Shown piece after piece: positions 53,227 to 64,000 of a stretch of 64,000 nucleotides of DNA (position 1 is the first letter of the stretch; each line of letters begins with the position of its first letter). The DNA is taken from NCBI RefSeq assembly GCF_006345805.1, contig NC_042997.1:146692001-146756000 (forward strand), given 5' to 3'. A program made the position numbers and the translations under genes. Under the pieces are notes generated by a model, which was not told the origin of the DNA, searched no databases, and was given only the letters and a program-made list of their open reading frames with translations. Source of the DNA: Octopus sinensis (Eukaryota).

Positions 53227-53499
53227 CTGTATTAATGTATGTATGCATGCATGTATGTCGCAAATGTATACCAAAAGAACACAAATACATATATGCATGA
53301 ATATACAAACATACAAATACTTACGTCCATACATATACATACAAATCAGATAGACAGACATGTTCACATTCATACGTGTCTCTGCGTGTGTGGTGTGTGT
53401 GTGTGGTGTGTGTGTGTATGTGTGTGTATTTCCTGATCTTATGATGCCTGTATCCATGTATGCATGTTTGTATATATACATTAATACATGCATAATTGT

Positions 53500-53712
53500 T
53501 TCAAATTTTGACATACGGCCAGTAATTTTAGGGTTAGTAGGTAAGGCGGTTAAATTGACCCCACTACTTGACTGGTATTTTATTTTATCGACCTCGAAAA
53601 GCTGAAAGGCAAAGTTGACTTCTACGTGATTTGAACTCAGAACCTAAAGAGCCGAAGTAAATGACACTCTGCATCTTGTCTGTCGCGTGAATGATTCCGC
53701 CAGTTCACCGCC
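53500..53712 (-). mobile_element. SINE family A (tail 2), diverged
   Basis: TTTGAACTCAGAAC and GATTCCGCCAGTTCACCGCC. Confidence 0.75.
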
Positions 53713-53713
<1 letters not shown>

Positions 53714-53774
<61 letters not shown>

Positions 53775-53905
53775 GCATGCATACATACATACATACATAC
53801 ATACATACATACATACATACATACATACATACATACATACATACATACATTACATACATACATACATTCGTACGTACATACATATATACATACATATATA
53901 CATAC
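53714..53905. repeat. (TACA)n microsatellite, left flank of the R4-like element
   Basis: Seen directly; the same repeat resumes at 55265-55343. Confidence 0.95.
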
Positions 53906-55264
53906 AAAATATGGCAGGCGGAACTCTCCTCTTACAACGAAACAATATCCCACAATGCATTTGCAGTACCGGTGCTGATCCCAATATTTGGGATAATTGC
54001 TTGGTCTGTAGAGGAAATCAACTCCATAGATATCAAAATCCGCAAAATCCTGACAACAACTGGGAACTTCCACAGAAACAGTGATATTGACAGGCTCCAC
54101 CTTAGAAGAAATGAAGGTGATAGAGGCCTGAGATCAGTGCAGACGGTCTTCGAATGCTGTATGGTATCACTCAAGCAGCACCTGCTAAACAACAGCAGCA
54201 AAAATAAATATATTAATGCAGTCCGGAAACGTAAAGTGAGCAACATTGTACGAGTTGGCAGTGAGCTCCTCAAGAAACATTCTCTTCTTGATGATCTCCT
54301 ATATAGCTCCAAAACAGCTGGGCTCTTTTACCTCAGAGAAGACCTGGATGGAAAGAACTCAACATACAAAAAAAAACATTCATAGATTTGTTGCTCGGAA
54401 GCTTGAAGAAAACAGTAGAATTGACACGAAGCGCAGCTTCTCTTGGACACAAGACCACTACATCACATCACGCTTTGAGGGCTATGCATTTGCAATCTAG
54501 AGACAGGAGATTCCCTCAAAATACCTGGTAAACAAGAGAAATAGTGACACTTGTAATCCCAAGGTGCAACTACATGTGTAGGCTATGTCATGTTTCTATG
54601 GAAGACATCACACATGTGATTAACAGCTGTCCTAAAATGTCGTCACGGTACAACCTCCCTATGCAACACGATGTCGTTGCTAAAACAATTTACAATGCCA
54701 TCCTCAAAAAAGAACGTCCTGAAATAAACTTGGAAAATTCCTCTGTTGTGGAATACATTCATAAACAACTCAAGGAATACTGGTGGAATATTCCCATCAA
54801 AACTTCTGTCAAATGTAAACATAACAGGCCGCATATTGTTGTTTGGGACAGAGGGGCAAAGGTGTGTACCATCATAGAGGTTAGCTGCTCTGCAGATATA
54901 AATATCTCTTTGAAAATCAAAGAAAAAGAGAATATCTATGGATAATTGCTTCGAACCCTCCAGCTTCTATATCCAGAATATGAATTCATATTCATGCCAA
55001 TAATCATTGGAGCACTAGGTTTTGTTAGTAAATGCTTAAAGGAGAATCTGGATAAACTAGGACTTTCAGAAAGAGAAATTGACCGGCTGATTCGTACAAG
55101 TCCAATCTGTGATTGGAACAGTAAAAATATCCAAGAGTTTTTTCAAGTTCTAAATGTGAATTTGTCTGTGTTAACTACATCCCAAAGATGGAGCCTTGCA
55201 TCTTTGTTGGAAACCGGCTTCCTCTTCAGTGGAAGATTTATAATAATTAAAAAAATAGAAGAGA
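53906..55264 (+). mobile_element. R4/Dong-like non-LTR element, 5'-truncated (RT thumb, CCHC, REL)
   Basis: NAFAVPVL..FGII.WS.EEI..ID.KIRK.LT..GNFH..SD.DRL.L.R.EG.RGL; CRLC...EDITHVINSC; HNRPHIVVWD; IIEVSC; PIIIGALG. Frameshifts and stops present. Confidence 0.88.
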
Positions 55265-55439
55265 CATACGTACATACATACATACATACATACATACATA
55301 CATACATACATACATACATACATACATACATACATACATACATAGCAGGAACGGGAATATCAGTGAGATACTGGGCTGTGTAACAACATATCTTCAGAAA
55401 AACTTAGAAATAAAAATGAACATATTGAGATTGATGGAT

Positions 55440-55720
55440 TAAAAGAATATTGGGGAAATCTAATAATAAAAATTAAAGGAAAATAGATATGATATTGCTG
55501 TTTGTGATCACAAAATTTAACTATGTACTGTTTTGAATGTTAGCTGTCCACTTGACCTCAGTGCAGCAAGAAAATATATAGAAGAAAAAATATGGATTCT
55601 AGAGGAAAAAACCTATTAATCCAGTTTTCAAAATATACTTTCAGCTTTTATAGCCGTTATATCCCCAGTATATGCACCAAATCGCCCAAGGAATATATAT
55701 GGTTGAACTTGGAGTCTCGA
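55440..55720 (+). mobile_element. Older R4/Dong REL-region relic
   Basis: KEYWGNL.IK and SCPLDL fragments parallel the neighbouring element; very degraded. Confidence 0.35.
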
Positions 55721-56261
55721 AGAACGTTGCCCTATAATTTAAGTGATTACGAAATCTATAATAAGAAATAAATGCAAGACCTTAAAATTTCGACGTTGAA
55801 TATTTGCACAAAGGATGGCGGAGAGAAGAGTGATTCCTTTTAAAAAGAAAATCAATTCTTTACAGCCTCGTCACAGTGCAGATGACAAGTCAGAATACAC
55901 TTTAACGTTCTGATCAAGAAGAGAAAGCATATATGTATGGACGCATACAAACGAGACACAAATGCATACACACGTGCGTGCATACATAGGTACATAAATG
56001 CATATATACATCGATGCACACAGTGGACAACTTGATGTTCAGACATATGTTTCTGGAAGTTGGAAGGTTGAGCTAGAGATGCAGGTAAGAGTGCATACGA
56101 CTATTTCTATGCAAAGTATCTAAACACTGCATACACTGAAGTATACGTATTTAAACAAATCAAACTTTTTAAATAATTGCCACATGTTGCACAGTAACTT
56201 AGTATGTTCAAATACAATTGTAAAATTAAAGAGTTTTTTTTTTTAAGTGTCAAGCTTAAGC

Positions 56262-56655
56262 TGGTGAGCTTGCAGAAACGTTAGCACGCTGGGCCAAATG
56301 CTCAACGATATTTCGTCTGCCGTTACGTTCTGAGTTCAAATTCCGCCGAGGTCGACTTTGCCTTTCATCCTTTCGGGGTCGATTAAATAAGTACCAGTTA
56401 CGCACTGGGATCGATATGATCGACTTAATCCTTTTGTGTGTCCTTGTTTGTCCACTCTATGTTTAGCCTCTTGTGGGTAGCAAAGAATAGGTATTTGGTC
56501 TGTCTTTACGTTCTGAGTTCAAATTTCGCCGAGGTCGACTTTGTCCTCCATCCTTCCGGAGTCGATAAATTAAGTACCAGTTGCATACCAGGGTTGATCT
56601 AATCGACTAACCCCCTCCCTCAAAAATTCGGGTTTTGTGCCTAGAGTAGAAAAGA
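56262..56655 (+). mobile_element. SINE family A full dimer
   Basis: Head-core-tail 1, then B box-core-tail 2. Confidence 0.88.
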
Positions 56656-56858
56656 AATGTCAAGCTGTAGAATCTATGAATTTGATCGTAACTAAACGTT
56701 GTCGAAATTTTCAAAGAATATTGCCATCTTTTTAAGCTAAATCATAAATTCACTGTAAAGAGACAAAATTAACACATTGAAAACGTGTCTTCTCGAACTA
56801 ATTGTGATTATAATTTAGCATAAAGTGAATTGCCACTTTAATGGAGATTTTGTATGAA

Positions 56859-56899
<41 letters not shown>

Positions 56900-57269
56900 T
56901 ATATATATATTTATAATGTGAATCGAAAACATTTTGATTTTATGTTCCCAAATAAAATATATTCCCAAACACATTTATGATCAGGTTAAACGTATTATTA
57001 AATGAAAACTTATTCATGTAATTGAATCACATTAATAAATATGGGTTAGTAAGTTTGCCTTAAACAAAACTCCAAATAACATGCTGCAGCAACGTACAAA
57101 TTCAGTGCCAATCGTCCGTATACCTTCAATGTGAACACCAAATTTGAAAACAATTGAGACAAAATTTTGAAAAATTTAAAGCTGTGATAGCAATAGAAAA
57201 GATCCCCGAGCGCAGCTCTGGGTGCTTTTGGTATGTGCTGTGGTTTGTTTGGTGATGTTATTTTTACAG

Positions 57270-57300
57270 TATTAAAGGTGTTCTAAGTGGTATATGTGCG
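57270..57300 (+). CDS. Candidate micro-exon (IKGVLSGICA)
   Basis: TTTTTACAG acceptor; weak GTACCT donor; phase fits the next candidate exon. Confidence 0.2.
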
Positions 57301-57443
57301 GTACCTAGCAGTGCTACTTATGCTGTTGTATTTTCGTTTAGTGAATAAAGTAGAATAAGCGTGTAGGATCGAAAAATATTCTTCTCTTGCCCACTTATGC
57401 AATTTTTTCTTTGTTTTGTTTTAACGTCCAATCCTTCATTTAG

Positions 57444-57490
57444 ATTGTTGTAATTTTCATGGGAACCCGATCTGTTCATTTTTTCCCCTC
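57444..57490 (+). CDS. Candidate exon (IVVIFMGTRSVHFFP)
   Basis: CCTTCATTTAG acceptor and GTAAGT donor; phase-compatible with its neighbours. Confidence 0.3.
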
Positions 57491-57789
57491 GTAAGTTTCC
57501 GTACATTTTGTGCAATAAGTTTAAAGTACATATTTCTTGTTTATTATCCTTGGACAGAATAATTCAGGTATTACTTAACTTATTCTTCAATTATTGTATC
57601 TGATTTTTGTGTTGATATGATCCGTACGCCGGCGATCATATTTACACATGTTTTGAGAAAGATGGATATTGTAAACATTGGTAATAAATAATTTAAGAGT
57701 GCTAAATAAGAATAAATTTTAATAAGTATTACTTACTCATGTCACGAAGTTTAGTGATAACAAGTCTACTCAAAGCTCAAGGATCTTTC

Positions 57790-58150
57790 TTGGGATTCTT
57801 GGCACTTTTCTGCAGATCGACAATGCATGTCACTACTCCAATATTATTCAGCCTCTTAGCTAGCAGGTTCGATGTTGTGTCGATTGCACCAAATACCACA
57901 AGAACAATAATCATCTTTGTGTTCCATAATCACTTTAGCTATCTGACGAGGTCCCGATATTTCTGAATTTTCTTAATTACGCTGATCTCCACTCTAAATC
58001 AAATGGCCTTGTAAAGTCTGTGAGCTTACACTGTTTTTTTTTTATGATCTGCAACCATATCTGATCTCCTTGTTTCAATAGTATGGTCATTCTTTATAGA
58101 GAAATCCCATAAAATCCTGACAGAGAACAAACAGAAAGTCTGTGGAGAAG
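57790..58150 (-). mobile_element. Decayed R4/Dong REL fragment
   Basis: ILWDFSIKNDHTIETRRSDMV...KIQKYRDL...LWNTK...VVFGAI...LQKSA. Confidence 0.7.
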
Positions 58151-58210
58151 GTGGCGAAAGTACTAACCATCTTCTAAGTGAATTCCGCCTTATTATTATC
58201 ATTATCATTA

Positions 58211-58410
58211 AGGTGGCGAGCTGGCAGAATCGTTAGCACGCTGCACGGAATGCTTAGCGGTATTTAGCCCGTCGCTCCGTTCTGAGTTCCGAGGTCGACT
58301 TTGCCTTTCATATTTTCGGGGATCAATAAATTAAGTACCAATGAAACACTTGGGTCAATGTAATCGACTTAATCTCCTTACCCAAGCTGCTCCTGTGGAA
58401 GAAATTTGAG
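58211..58410 (+). mobile_element. SINE family A
   Basis: GGTGGCGAGCTGGCAGAATCG head plus core. Confidence 0.8.
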
Positions 58411-58439
58411 ATCATTATTATCATCATTATTATTGTTCT

Positions 58440-58740
58440 TTTTAACTTAAGTTTTGTTGGAATTCCTGGAGTCTTGCACGCGTAGCGGGCTTGCTGCCTA
58501 CAGCCTACGGTACCAAGCTATCTGTCCTATTCAACTATCTAATACTTTCCTGATTATTCTGGTCGTGTCAAAGAAGCAAACTTTTTGTAACAGTCCTACT
58601 GGGTATTCTAATCCGATATCCTTTATAGTTCTCTTGATGCCGTTTGATACTCTCCCCAAGGACCCAACAATAATTGGTAGTATCTTCACCTTGATTTTCC
58701 ATAGCCGGACTTTTTCGTACTCAAGAGGATTGTATATAGT
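58440..58740 (-). mobile_element. R4/Dong extreme 3' fragment
   Basis: YNPL...RLWKIKVKILPIIVGSLG...LLQKVCFFDTTRIIRKVLDS*, then UTR. TAA-like repeats on both sides. Confidence 0.75.
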
Positions 58741-59014
58741 TATTTTTCGCCATTATTATTATTGCCAAGGTGCACCTGGCGGTTGGGTAACCAGGATGTG
58801 TGGGGTTCCTCGGTTGTCCTTTGCAAGGCATTGGTTAGCACAAGACAAGGGTATAATAGTAGTAGACGTTAGGCCAAGGTTCCCTATAATGAGGCTGAAC
58901 CTGAAATCATGTTTACGAAGCGAAATTCTTAATCAGATATTCATGCGCACACACACACATACACTCCAATTTCGTTCCATATTCGATAGGAATATTAATC
59001 CTATATGATCCCAA

Positions 59015-59190
59015 ATATTCGTTTCAAATTTTGGCACAAGGCCAGCAATTTTGGTTAAGTCGATCACATCGAATGAAGAGCTTAAATGCTACTTATTTTC
59101 ATCGACCCTGAAAAGCAAAGCCGACTACAGCGGAATTTGAACTCAGAACGTTACCCGGTGTGCTAACGATTTTCCAAGCTCGCCGCCTCA
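59015..59190 (-). mobile_element. SINE family A, partially deleted
   Basis: B box and core present. Confidence 0.7.
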
Positions 59191-59630
59191 AAACCCAAAA
59201 TACTAAGAAATGAAAATATAAGGAAATATTTGTTCTGCTTGTGTGATCACTACTTTTTTTAACTCTTAGGATATCTCAGTTTATTTAGCATATCTGCCAC
59301 TGGAGTTAAAAATGGCCAATGAAAAATTGTAATTTCACTTTCGTTCTCATGTTAAATTTTCGGTTGCTAGGAAACACACGTTCAATATCTACATATATGA
59401 TCATTATTTGAATGTATTTAACACAACATTTATAGTTATAAATATGTAAAAAATATTATATTACCGTGTAGTTGACCGTTTCTATGTATATGTTTGAATT
59501 TCTTTTATGTTCACTGTTTTACTAATGATTATAATTTTTATAGTTAACAATATATGAAAGATTATCCACATATGTTGTCAGTATTTGAATTACTTTTTTT
59601 CCACTATTGTAATTATTACAATTATTATAG

Positions 59631-59746
59631 TTGCCAGTATGTGAAAGCTATTGATTACTATCAGCCTGAGCAAATAGTAAGCAACGTTTTGAAACATGAA
59701 ATTCATCGCAATATATTTCAACAATACAGAAATTTTATTCATCAAA
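59631..59746 (+). CDS. Candidate exon (CQYVKAIDYYQPEQIVSNVLKHEIHRNIFQQYRNFIHQ)
   Basis: TTATAG acceptor and AAA/GTAAGT donor. Only one frame is open, and it matches ORF 59554..59814. Confidence 0.35.
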
Positions 59747-60031
59747 GTAAGTACCCTTACAATCAACACATTTTTTGCCAACGAATTACAAGTTTGTTTA
59801 TTCCGGTAACATAAAAATCTGGAGTTCTGGAGCTGATGAACTCTGCACAAATACGTAGACTCTAAAGAAATTGTTTTTTTAAAAAGAATCATTAAAAAAT
59901 TGAGCTGTTTAGCAACTGCCACAGACTCATGTTGGTATTGACTAGTAATTATCTTGTTAAAGTAGCAATGACCCTGGAGAAGTTAATTAAGACAGTTTAC
60001 AATTTATATGACCGGTAACTTTTCTCCTAAG

Positions 60032-60081
60032 TGTTCTGCCATCTCTGTTGCATATTATTAGCTTTCTATGCACTAGAACAA
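60032..60081 (+). CDS. Candidate exon (FCHLCCILLAFYALEQ)
   Basis: Strong CTTTTCTCCTAAG acceptor and CAA/GTGAGT donor; phase fits the previous exon. Confidence 0.35.
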
Positions 60082-60313
60082 GTGAGTTATTTATTACACA
60101 AAGTAAACGCATTCTGTAGACCAATTATATCATTAATACGCAGCAACTTCTCAGCATCTAGTTTCTCTATAATAGTTTATTTTAACATTTATTGCATAAA
60201 ACTCATTTCAAAGTCATAATTTTATATTCAAAGATGAAAAATTTCTTTTTGGATTTTTTTCCTTAAATTTTTTTCTGCAACTATGTGTGAGTTTATTACT
60301 AAAGCGTGGCATG

Positions 60314-60390
<77 letters not shown>

Positions 60391-60418
60391 ATACCTATCT
60401 ATCTGTATGTATGTATGC

Positions 60419-60464
<46 letters not shown>

Positions 60465-60552
60465 AGGTGTGGGTGTGTGTGTGTGTGTGTGTGTGTGTAG
60501 ACATATATATATATGTATGTATACATATATATATATATATATATATGTATGT

Positions 60553-60591
<39 letters not shown>

Positions 60592-60780
60592 TATATGTTC
60601 ATATATGTGTATACACATACACACACACAAACGTACGTACATATGTACATATATAAATACATGCATTCATAATATATATGATATACAATATTCCCTCGCC
60701 ATATCGCGGTTCACCTACATACTCCTGTATGTATGTGTGTATATGTTTATCGATATATATATATACAAGCAAGAACACAG

Positions 60781-60812
<32 letters not shown>

Positions 60813-60816
60813 GGTT

Positions 60817-61020
60817 GTGGTGGTCCCATAGAGGACGATGTTACTGTTGTTTTTTGCCCCAGGAAGACATGTCCTCCAGCTGGCTAACGACAAACTATCT
60901 GTGTCCGATTAGTATTCGTAAATACTAATCGGACACAGACAGCGTGTCGTTAGCCAGCTGAAGGAGATGTCTTCTTAGGGCTAAAAACAACAGTAACATC
61001 GTCCTCTATGGCACCGCCAC
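60817..61020. repeat. Diverged fold-back palindrome (about 100-bp arms, CGTA loop)
   Basis: 60826-60916 versus 60921-61011, about 8 mismatches, extending outward with 2 more. Confidence 0.9.
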
Positions 61021-61045
61021 ATTTAGTTGACAAATATGTTTTACG

Positions 61046-61076
<31 letters not shown>

Positions 61077-61334
61077 CGTGTGTGTGTGTGTGTGTGCGTG
61101 TGTGTGTGTATTCATATAGGCAAGAACACAAAAGACAGGTTAAACAACAAAAAAATCAACAAAACTCAATTGGAGAAACTTAGTGGTTAAATTAGATTGA
61201 CGCTCAGTCAAAGTTTATACATAGAATAGGTTTAAAAGCGACGTTTCGAGCGTGTCGCTTCGGATAGTGGGGAAAATCGAGAGAGGAGGAAAAGGAGGAA
61301 GGGGAAAATAGTCCGGGAGAATGCACGTGTTTCT

Positions 61335-61486
61335 TTACATGGTTCCCAAAAACTATGTTTGTATGTAAGTTACAAGGACATAAGCATACCAACACGGGTT
61401 GTCAAGCGGTTGTGGGGTACAAACACAGACACAAAGGCACACACACACACATAAATATATTCCTATAAATATATCTTATATATATA

Positions 61487-61569
<83 letters not shown>

Positions 61570-61750
61570 ACATATGCGTATGTGTATGTGTGTGTGTACA
61601 ACGAGCTTCTTTCAGTTTCCGTGAACCAAATCCACTCACAAGGCTTCGATCGGCCCGAGACTATAATTGAAGACGCTTACCCAAGGTACTACGCAGTGGG
61701 ACTGAACTCGGAAGTATATAGTTGGGAAGCAAGCTTCTTGCCACACAATC
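61335..61750 (-). mobile_element. SINE family B
   Basis: Reverse complement of head and core, internal microsatellite, partial tail. Confidence 0.75.
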
Positions 61751-62016
61751 GAAATATCAATCAAGTTTTTTTTTTCAAACTTCAACCCACTGCCTTTGAA
61801 CCAGAAGTTTACATTAAGTAGCATAATTCTATAAATACTGACTGAAAAAATTCGATGCGATGGTCATGATGGGAACGCCTTTGATTTTAGAGCTGTTAGG
61901 TCAACTTTGACCTGATCTAAACAACAACAACAACAACAAAGATGACTGCAACTAGTCCTGCATTGACAACTAACAATTGAACTAGCTAAGGCAGCAGATT
62001 TAACTTAGAGTTAAAC

Positions 62017-62490
62017 TACAGTGATCCCTCGCTACTTCGCTGTTCAACTACCGCGTATTCACAACTTCGCGGATTTTTAAAATATATATATATATTTATG
62101 AACGCCTAAAATTTTTCATTAAATCCATTAAAATATTAATAATAAATATTATTTCCTAGTCTAGGAACAACAAAACAAGCGTAAAATAGCAAAAAAGCAT
62201 ATACAGGGGTATTTGAACTTAAGACGGGCTGTGATTGGTGCAATGGAGAGAGACGACGAATCTCAGTTTTCTATTTTGTAATCTAGCCTGTGTAACAGTA
62301 GCAATCTTTATTTTTTTTAATCTAAAATGTTATTGCTTAACAGTTGTCCTTGTTATTAATAGACTACTGTAATGGGTGGGTTGTTAACAGTACAGGAAGG
62401 GTTTTAAAACTCCAAATACATGTTAAATAAATACTGTAAATATGGTGTCCCTACTTTGCGGAAATCCTGTTATTGCGGCCGAAAACAGTG
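62017..62490 (+). mobile_element. Tigger-like MITE, right end truncated
   Basis: TA+CAGTGATCCCTCGCTACTTCGC left end and repeated CTACTT(C/T)GCGG subterminal motifs. Confidence 0.6.
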
Positions 62491-62555
62491 CGGAAAGCAA
62501 TATGTATGTGTGTACATGTATGATATATATGTATGCGTGCGAGTGTGTGCGTGCA

Positions 62556-62635
<80 letters not shown>

Positions 62636-62690
62636 TATACTCACATGCACGCATGTGTACGCTTGTATGCGTTTGTGTGTGTGCGTGTGT

Positions 62691-63351
62691 ATTCGTGTAA
62701 ATGGGTACAAATATCTTGCGGTGTATGAATCTATCAAGGGAGATAACTAGCTAAAGAGAAGTAACCCTCTATAGAAACGTAGCTACATTAAACCATTCTA
62801 TAAATAGACATCGAAAAAGTTAATATTAGATTACATATTAGGGTTCGACTAAATGTCTAGAATCCTTCAAAGTAGTTCTCCAGGTAGATGCAGACTACAA
62901 CCAGCGAAAGGAAAAGAAGAAATCGAAGACGTATTAAATAGCATTATGGCTAGTTTTCTGAAGTATGAAACAAAGGTGGAGCTCAAAGTTTTCAAGTTGA
63001 TACGTGTAGACAGAACAATGTAGTAAATATTCTGTCAACTGATATAAACATTATTAATGTTCACAGTAATATATGAAAAAAATGTATAACGCATCCAATA
63101 GTTATAAGATAAAATGTAGAAATAGTATACATTGACACAGATATAAAGTACAAGTTCTTCTGAATTAGCGAAGTCATACGAAACCATTCGACGAAACCAT
63201 TAACAATAGTTCGTCGGTTATTATAAATGGTTTGCAAAAGTTTTTGCAAAGTTTATTTGTCGGGAGCCAATCTACACACTAGATAACAGAACATAGAAAC
63301 AAGTACTCGTGTGTATGAGTATGTTGTGTGTGTATATGCATACAATCATAT

Positions 63352-63401
<50 letters not shown>

Positions 63402-64000
63402 TATATATATATATATATGTGGTGGTAGTGTGTGTGTGTATACTATTATATATTTCAAAAAATCAAAAGAAATGCTTTGATAATTTTTTCATCTTAATAT
63501 TTGATGTTTATAAGTTACAAAAGGTGACTCTGATAGGAGTTCTCACTTAAAAGCGGTTTCAAACTGCTATTTTAGAGTTGTTATTCCCTGTTTAAATATG
63601 GAGTGTTAATACAACCTTGACACATTCAAACACCAACACACACTACGTATGTATCAGTTTGTAAACTTATGAACATCTAATTATTAAAATGGAGAATATT
63701 ATTAGAATAGCCATTCTATTCATTTTTTACAAGTATTATATTGCACATATATAAATAGGAATGTAGGTATATGTATATGTGTATATATACCAATATATTA
63801 TATGTATATATATGTGTGTGTGTGTGTGTGTGTTGTGTGTGTGTGTGGTGTGTGTGTGCGTGTGTATTCGTGTAAATGGGTACAAATATCTTGCGGTGTA
63901 TGAATCTATCAAGGGAGATAACTAGCTAAAGAGAAGTAACCCTCTATAGAAACGTAGCTACATTAAACCATTCTATAAATAGACATCGATAAAAGTTAAT
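62691..64000 (+). repeat. Tandem duplication, period about 1175 bp, running off the window end
   Basis: ATTCGTGTAAATGGGTACAAATATC... at 62691 recurs at 63866, near-identical up to the window edge. Confidence 0.9.
62884..62937 (+). CDS. Candidate terminal exon (VDADYNQRKEKKKSKTY*)
   Basis: TTCTCCAG acceptor, phase 0, C-terminal KxKxx motif. Unverified. Confidence 0.28.
   Translation, partial: VDADYNQRKEKKKSKTY

Noticed and set aside
57197-57236. GTATGT donor at 57231 as an upstream exon of the candidate gene
   Set aside because: The intron to 57270 would be only 39 nt, and the better-supported frame gives a stop after splicing.
61235-61275. Minus-strand GCTCGAAACGTC hammerhead-like end
   Set aside because: The CUGANGA half of the core is not recognisable and P2 is incomplete.

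Overview
This is AT-rich, repeat-saturated eukaryotic DNA with no prokaryotic features: no operons, CRISPR arrays, rRNA genes or genuine tRNA genes. The SINE and LINE families match ones I recall from Octopus genomes, so an octopus intron or intergenic region is my inference, not a database result. Most ORFs in the supplied track are microsatellite artefacts. Recognisable content: (i) long (TA)n, (TAA)n, (TACA)n and (GATA)n arrays; (ii) three tRNA-derived SINE families (called A, B and C here) in roughly 30 copies; (iii) decayed non-LTR retrotransposons (R4/Dong-like, two CR1 families, RTE); (iv) Penelope-like element (PLE) RT relics and many solo terminal repeats; (v) DNA transposon derivatives (mariner, maT/DD37D, hAT, Tigger-like MITEs, a non-autonomous Helitron). 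The most striking signal is a dense set of type I hammerhead ribozyme motifs with palindromic stem III. Five have intact cores and about nine are variant or decayed. Several sit in ORF-less head-to-head fold-back palindromes that read outward into (TA)-rich DNA. Other leads are an R4/Dong-like element embedded in (TACA)n, a SINE B tail that shares a structurally conserved hairpin with a CR1 3' end, and a tentative phase-compatible chain of small plus-strand exons (50.4-62.9 kb) encoding an unrecognised membrane-like protein. Sequence quality in the 40-49 kb TA arrays looks doubtful. No similarity searches or folding programs were run; family names come from recalled motifs and all pairings were checked by eye.
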